Source of the DNA: a candidate division WOR-3 bacterium
GTDB taxonomy: Bacteria > Hydrothermota > UBA3072
Reading direction: 5' to 3'
Length of the DNA stretch: 64,000 bases
Assembly (NCBI GenBank): GCA_016930175.1
Contig: JAFGHJ010000046.1
Location: forward strand, 1,073-65,072
Shown here: positions 59,310-64,000 of the stretch, piece by piece
Position numbering within the stretch: the stretch's first letter is position 1
How the letters are laid out: every line of letters starts with the position of its first letter
Made by a program: the position numbers and the translations under genes
Notes under the pieces: generated by a model
The model's input: only the letters and a program-made list of their open reading frames with translations
Told to the model about the DNA's origin: nothing
The model's database searches: none

Positions 59310-59936
59310 TTAATTTTCCAATTTAAAAATGACCGGATAGGCGAGACGAACTGCCACAGGCTTATCGTTTTGCATAGCAGGGCTAAATTTTAACTGATAA
59401 GCTCTCTCCTTTGCGATTTTATCAATAGCGGGATATAAAGGCTTTGTAATAATAACATTTCTAACTGTACCCTTAGTGTCTATCCACAATTCAAGATAAA
59501 GTTTGCCTTCTATTCCTAACCTTCTGGCCACTTCCGGATAAGTGCCTTGTCGCATAATGCCTTCATTCAGAGGTTTTGGAGCAACTTCATAAGCGACAAA
59601 CCTGGGCGGCGCAAAGTCCACATCTGCTTCTTTCTTTTCCAGTCCACTAAAATCAGTCTTCTCTATGGTCTCCGCTTCCACATCTTCGTCACTCTTGGCA
59701 GCCACAGGCATTTTAGGCTTAGGTGGAGGTGGAGGCTTAACAATATTCTGAAGCTGCGGCGGTAGCTTATCAACCTGTATGGGCTTTGAAAATTTAGGTA
59801 GGTAGGGCTGCCTTTTTGTTTCAGGAATAAACTTAAAGCCCAGAATTAATAATACGAGAGTAATCAAAAAACCAATCCTTATATTTAGGGGATACTGCTT
59901 CTTCAAGTCGACAATCTTCTCTTTCATATTGTTCAA
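59310..59936 (-). CDS. tonB: Energy transducer TonB (Pro-rich linker plus TonB C-terminal domain)
   Basis: N-terminal TM anchor, a PPPPPKPK linker and the C-terminal TonB fold (YPEVARRLGIEGKLYLELWIDTKGTV). Confidence 0.85.
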   Translation of the reverse strand: MNNMKEKIVDLKKQYPLNIRIGFLITLVLLILGFKFIPETKRQPYLPKFSKPIQVDKLPPQLQNIVKPPPPPKPKMPVAAKSDEDVEAETIEKTDFSGLEKKEADVDFAPPRFVAYEVAPKPLNEGIMRQGTYPEVARRLGIEGKLYLELWIDTKGTVRNVIITKPLYPAIDKIAKERAYQLKFSPAMQNDKPVAVRLAYPVIFKLEN

Positions 59937-60337
59937 CCCCTTTTCTTTCTTGCAGCAAGATGAATCCTTAAGACTGAAGCATCGACGAATTCGTTCAGCA
60001 CATCCTCTACAAGCTTGTAGCCAGTAGCTTTGTCACATTTAACCGAAACAATTATATCCGGATTTATTTGTCTTTTTCTTGCCATTATATCAGATATTCG
60101 TTCTGTAGAAACAAGCGCATCATCAATCGAAACAAGTCCGTTCTTAGATATCCAAATATGAGTCAAATTCCTGGCTGGCATTTTTTCTGCTGCTTCCACC
60201 TGCGGTATAATTACCTGAAGACCAGTCTCGGCTCTGAAAGTAGTAGTAACCATAAAAAATATCAAAAGCAGAAAAGCAATATCCGCCATTGAAGCTGTTG
60301 GTATTGTAGCCTGCACTTTTTCTCTAGTCAGTTTCAT
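59933..60337 (-). CDS. exbD: Biopolymer transport protein ExbD/TolR (copy 2)
   Basis: 134 aa; ASMADIAFLLLIFFMVTT is the ExbD TM signature. Confidence 0.88.
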   Translation of the reverse strand: MKLTREKVQATIPTASMADIAFLLLIFFMVTTTFRAETGLQVIIPQVEAAEKMPARNLTHIWISKNGLVSIDDALVSTERISDIMARKRQINPDIIVSVKCDKATGYKLVEDVLNEFVDASVLRIHLAARKKRG

Positions 60338-60345
60338 AAACTACC

Positions 60346-60750
60346 TCATTCCTCGGATGAAGGCGCCAAAGAGTATCTTTCAGCATTCGCCAGTCTTAAT
60401 TTGTCTAAGGCATTGATCATGTATTCATACTGTGCTCTCGGATGAGTTTTTATAGAAAAAATCGCATCTTTATTCTCAGCAAGAATTTTCTTTACCTCAT
60501 CTACCAACTGATCTTGACTAACAGGTTCACCGTTAAGTCTGAGTTCACCCTTCTCTTCCACATATATTCTCTGAATATTTTCGGACTTAACCTTGACTTC
60601 CTCTCCTTTTTCCGGAAGCATAATTTGAAGTCCCACTTCATTGGCAAACACAGTGGTAACCATAAAGAAAATTAAAAGCAGAAAAGCTATATCCGCCATT
60701 GAAGCTGTAGGTATTTCCGCACTTTTTATCTTTTTTTCGTGTAGTTTCAA
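60346..60750 (-). CDS. exbD: Biopolymer transport protein ExbD/TolR (copy 1)
   Basis: 134 aa paralog with the same TM signature. Confidence 0.88.
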   Translation of the reverse strand: MKLHEKKIKSAEIPTASMADIAFLLLIFFMVTTVFANEVGLQIMLPEKGEEVKVKSENIQRIYVEEKGELRLNGEPVSQDQLVDEVKKILAENKDAIFSIKTHPRAQYEYMINALDKLRLANAERYSLAPSSEE

Positions 60751-61380
60751 CTATGCCTCCAATAAGGCATCCATCAAAGCAGCAGCCGCTTCCTCCATCG
60801 ATCTAGTATAACCATTTACTTTTTGAGAGAAAAACGCATGAGCTCCTGAAATTGGAATTGCCAAACACAAACCTGTAGCAGTCGTAATAAGAGCTTCTGA
60901 AATACCGGCCGCAACAAGAGTAGCTTCAACCGTACCTGCGAGAGCTATGGCATCGAAAGCATTTATCATTCCGGATACCGTTCCAAGGAACCCAAGCATG
61001 GGAGCAATATTAGCCAACGAAGCCAGAATTAACATTCCTCTATCAAGGAAAGCCAATTCTCTTGTAGCGTATCTTGTCATAACTTCCTCAAAAACTTGTT
61101 TATCTTTAGTTCTTTTATCCTGTTCTTTATATTTTTCTATTGCCGGTCCAAAAACACGTGCGGCAGGAGACGGAAATTGTCGGCAGTACTCAAGAGCAGT
61201 AGAAGCTCCGTCTTTCTTAAATATTTCTATAAGTTCTTCGGCAAAGTCTTCAGGATCTAATCTCAAACGAGAAAATGTTATCAACCTTTCAATTATGTAA
61301 GCAAAACCAATAATCGCACAAAAAAGCAGTGGCCACATTGCCCATTTACCTCTTAAAAAGAACTCAATAGCAGCTTGCAT
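60751..61380 (-). CDS. exbB: MotA/TolQ/ExbB proton-channel protein
   Basis: 209 aa with three TM helices and the conserved LGFLGTVSGMINAF block. Confidence 0.9.
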   Translation of the reverse strand: MQAAIEFFLRGKWAMWPLLFCAIIGFAYIIERLITFSRLRLDPEDFAEELIEIFKKDGASTALEYCRQFPSPAARVFGPAIEKYKEQDKRTKDKQVFEEVMTRYATRELAFLDRGMLILASLANIAPMLGFLGTVSGMINAFDAIALAGTVEATLVAAGISEALITTATGLCLAIPISGAHAFFSQKVNGYTRSMEEAAAALMDALLEA

Positions 61381-61452
61381 ATAACCTCCTTTTCTTCATT
61401 TGTAGACAATATTTAACTTTTACATAATACATAACTATACTCCTATTCAGAT

Positions 61453-61803
61453 CTACCTCGAAATCCAACGATAATATATTGTAATTCCTATGAGTGTCAA
61501 GAGGGCTGCTCCAAGAATAGAAATTGCTTCTAATGAGTTAGCGCTTAACATCCCTTTAATCAATGGAAAAAGATCTGCCGGATCTGCAATAGAAAGATTT
61601 CTGCCGAAATATAAAACGCGATAAAAATGGATGATTGCTGATAAAACTAAAAAAATAGAACCAACAACTGGTAAAATCCATATCCCCTTTCTCTCAATAA
61701 GAGGAAGAAGTCTTTTTATAATTAAACCATAAATATAAAGCGATAACGTAAAAATAAGTATACCAATAGCAAAAAGAATCTCAAAAGGGATATCAACTCT
61801 CAT
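61453..61803 (-). CDS. Small membrane protein (3 TM), unknown function
   Basis: 116 aa hydrophobic ORF between the Roadblock genes and exbB on the same strand. Overlaps the next ORF by 4 nt. Confidence 0.45.
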   Translation of the reverse strand: MRVDIPFEILFAIGILIFTLSLYIYGLIIKRLLPLIERKGIWILPVVGSIFLVLSAIIHFYRVLYFGRNLSIADPADLFPLIKGMLSANSLEAISILGAALLTLIGITIYYRWISR

Positions 61804-62171
61804 CTGGAACCTCCTCTCCTAGGGCTTACAACTCTTCTAAAACGCAACGCACCAAGTAAAGATAAAATTCCCGAAAGAAAGAATAGTGAATATGCAATTC
61901 TTCCGGTATTAACCGGCATTTTTAGATTACCCTGAAATACTGAAAGCAATTGTAAAATAGCATAAACAAGAACCCCGGACGGCGCAATAATAATAAATTG
62001 CCATTCTGTTTTCTTTCTCAAAACCATTTCATATCTTCTAGCAATTATTCCGAAACGAACAAAAGTAATCCATAAAAAAACTGCTGCGGTAATCATTATC
62101 CAACTATTCAAAGATCCCATTCTGGTAATCTCTTCTGGCAGAGAAACCAGAAAAAATGAAAATAAATTCAT
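61800..62171 (-). CDS. Small membrane protein (3-4 TM), unknown function
   Basis: 123 aa hydrophobic ORF overlapping the neighbouring genes on both sides by 4 nt. Confidence 0.45.
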   Translation of the reverse strand: MNLFSFFLVSLPEEITRMGSLNSWIMITAAVFLWITFVRFGIIARRYEMVLRKKTEWQFIIIAPSGVLVYAILQLLSVFQGNLKMPVNTGRIAYSLFFLSGILSLLGALRFRRVVSPRRGGSR

Positions 62172-62932
62172 CTTTCCTCCTCTATCTTCTTCATTATTTC
62201 TTCTTTTAATTTTTTAGCTTTTGAAGGTCCAACTATTAGAGCGGCAGCATCTTTAAGTGATTGAGCAACTTCTAAAACCTGGTCTTTTGTTGGCTTTTCT
62301 CTATTTACCCCGCTATCCTCAATCACATTAGATACTATATCCAAAGAAAAATCACCAAGATAATTACCTGCTATTTCTTCAATATCATCTATAACTCTCG
62401 CATCTAAAATAACCTTAGGTACACTTACTTCTTTTATTTCTTCAACTTCTTCTTTCTTTTCCGCTTTTAAAGCCCTGGTTTCTGCTTCCTTCGCTTTTAT
62501 TTCTTCTTTCTCCGCCTCTTTTTCTTCAGCGAATATTTCTTCTTTTTTAACTTTTTCCGCTTCTATCTTTTCTTTTTTCTCAACTACAACTCTTTCCGGT
62601 TTTTTCTCCTTTACTCTCGCCTTTGCTCTTACTGCACTTTCTTTTTCATAAATATATTTCAAAATGCTCTCAACATTCTCATCCTTATTTGCAACCACAC
62701 CGACAAAATTGTTTCTATAATAAAATATAATTACTTTTTTATCACCACCCTTAACAACCAACTGCCGGAAAGGAAGGGAACCGATAGCATCAAAAGTCTG
62801 GGTTAGAACAAGGTCTATTCTATCTAAAACCTCCATTCCGCTATCAAGTTTACCCACGTACTCTTTTGGTGGACCTAAATTAAAAACGGCCTCTAAATTA
62901 AAATTATCTTTTAAATCCTGTAAATCTATCAT
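62168..62932 (-). CDS. Roadblock/LC7 (MglB-like) domain protein with a Lys/Glu-rich linker and an uncharacterised C-terminal domain
   Basis: The N-terminal 110 aa fit the Roadblock/LC7 fold (LVLTQTFDAIGSLPFRQLVVKGGDKKVIIFYY.NNFVGVVANKDE). The central region is a KE-rich low-complexity stretch. Confidence 0.6.
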   Translation of the reverse strand: MIDLQDLKDNFNLEAVFNLGPPKEYVGKLDSGMEVLDRIDLVLTQTFDAIGSLPFRQLVVKGGDKKVIIFYYRNNFVGVVANKDENVESILKYIYEKESAVRAKARVKEKKPERVVVEKKEKIEAEKVKKEEIFAEEKEAEKEEIKAKEAETRALKAEKKEEVEEIKEVSVPKVILDARVIDDIEEIAGNYLGDFSLDIVSNVIEDSGVNREKPTKDQVLEVAQSLKDAAALIVGPSKAKKLKEEIMKKIEEER

Positions 62933-63600
62933 TATTTATTCTTTTCGCTGATTTCTCTAATTACTTTTTGAACAATTATTTTCGTTTGCTGTTTACCAAA
63001 CTCACTCAAAGCCTTTTTAACAATAAAGTCGAGCAATAATTTCATAAATTTATTTATTTCATCCCTATTTAATCCTTCCGAATTTCCAACCTTCAATTCC
63101 ATACCCTCTAACTTGATTAAACCTTTAACCTTATCATCTTTAGAAAGAGCCGAAAGACCACTAGCTATATAACCTCTCCACATCTCAGAATCAGAATCAC
63201 TCACGAATTCTCTGATCAACATATTCAATTGCTCCGACCTATCCCTTAAGAGGTTTCCTATCTCCGAAGAAACGTCCTTCTTCAATCCTTCAAGGCTCTC
63301 TTTCACCTTTTCTTCAATATCTTCAATATTTTGTTCTAATACAAGACCGAGATAATTTCCGTCGAAAGGTACAATAACAATAGTATCTCTACCAATTCCT
63401 TTTATCGAACTTATCCCACCAATCTTACATGAATCTGCTATAATCTCAGCAGCGGAACCCGTAAAAGCAACCAGGTCGTCGATATTACCCGGAGTTATTC
63501 CTCCACTATTTAAAATCGACCCATCTTCAGAAGATACAAGAGCAAATCCCTTAATATCTTTAACTTTCATTAATCCATCTAACGGTATATCAGAACTCAT
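62932..63600 (-). CDS. Roadblock/LC7 (MglB-like) domain protein with a C-terminal extension
   Basis: The N-terminal about 110 aa are Roadblock-like (GFALVSSEDGSILNSGGITPGN...DTIVIVPFDGNYLGLVLE). Confidence 0.6.
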   Translation of the reverse strand: MSSDIPLDGLMKVKDIKGFALVSSEDGSILNSGGITPGNIDDLVAFTGSAAEIIADSCKIGGISSIKGIGRDTIVIVPFDGNYLGLVLEQNIEDIEEKVKESLEGLKKDVSSEIGNLLRDRSEQLNMLIREFVSDSDSEMWRGYIASGLSALSKDDKVKGLIKLEGMELKVGNSEGLNRDEINKFMKLLLDFIVKKALSEFGKQQTKIIVQKVIREISEKNK

Positions 63601-64000
63601 TCTTTATTTCCTTCAGTTTTTTCTTTACCAATAGCTTCCCGAGAACTTCCGTAGCTTTTCCCTGCAGACAATTAAGTACTTCAGAAAAAAATTCTTTGGT
63701 TCTTTCAAGATCTAAAGAAAATTTTTCGGTATTGATATTCAAACTCTTCCCATTAAAAGAAACAGCTTTCTTCACCTCATACTTATCAATAAGCTCATTA
63801 AGACCTTCAAGCCATGGACCATCACCAAAAGCTTTTAAAAAAACATTGGTGTCTTTAAGTCCTTTTTCAATAATTCTCTTTCTTTCTTCCGGATCATAAA
63901 GCAAAGACTCTTTAAATAACCAGGATAATGCTTTCAAAGTATCCAGTTCCGGAAGAGGACTCAAACTAATGATTTCGGATAATTTTTTCTTTCCGTCAGC
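63590..64000 (-). CDS. Hypothetical protein, 5'-truncated by the window edge
   Basis: The reading frame stays open to the end of the window and the listed TTG start is arbitrary. No motif is recognised in the visible C-terminal 136 aa. Confidence 0.4.
   Translation of the reverse strand, partial: ADGKKKLSEIISLSPLPELDTLKALSWLFKESLLYDPEERKRIIEKGLKDTNVFLKAFGDGPWLEGLNELIDKYEVKKAVSFNGKSLNINTEKFSLDLERTKEFFSEVLNCLQGKATEVLGKLLVKKKLKEIKNEF

Noticed and set aside
1-64000. Search for CRISPR arrays, transposases, integrases, restriction-modification, toxin-antitoxin or other defence islands
   Set aside because: No regularly spaced direct repeats with unique spacers and no recombinase or nuclease gene families were seen. 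The repeats present are short interspersed or simple repeats, not CRISPR.

Overview
The window is a low-GC (about 35%) bacterial chromosomal segment made mostly of conserved housekeeping genes. The plus-strand block is rplM-rpsI-rpsB-tsf-pyrH-frr-uppS-cdsA-dxr-rseP. The minus strand carries asnA, carB-carA, recN-nadK, prmC-prfA, a sirtuin gene, the lptC-lptA-lptB-rpoN group, RNase R, an rqcH-like gene, tatC, a glucokinase gene, pnp-rpsO-ribF-truB, recG and exbB-exbD-exbD-tonB. RNA features read directly from the sequence are a cobalamin riboswitch, a stand-alone 5S rRNA gene with its own promoter, and a tmRNA (ssrA) whose tag ends ...YAMAA. Two proteins end in a type IX secretion (Por) C-terminal sorting domain. 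That, the rplM-rpsI-rpsB-tsf synteny and the YAMAA tag I recall from Chlorobium tmRNA all point to the Fibrobacteres-Chlorobi-Bacteroidetes (FCB) superphylum, possibly an Ignavibacteria/Chlorobi relative; this is inference. No transposase, integrase, CRISPR array or recognisable defence system is present. The stretches worth a second look are: (i) a B12-riboswitch/BtuB locus with apparent non-AUG start codons; (ii) an 'ACGCAGAT' repeat family whose direct copies bracket btuB plus 5S and whose inverted copies bracket a small ORF; (iii) a type IV pilus gene set (tandem PilB-like ATPases, one with a c-di-GMP-binding MshEN-type motif, then pilT, pilC, a PilS/PilR-like sigma-54 two-component pair and a GWxTD protein) with rpoN in the same window; and (iv) two tandem Roadblock/LC7 (MglB-like) genes and two small membrane-protein genes lying directly upstream of exbB-exbD-exbD-tonB on the same strand.
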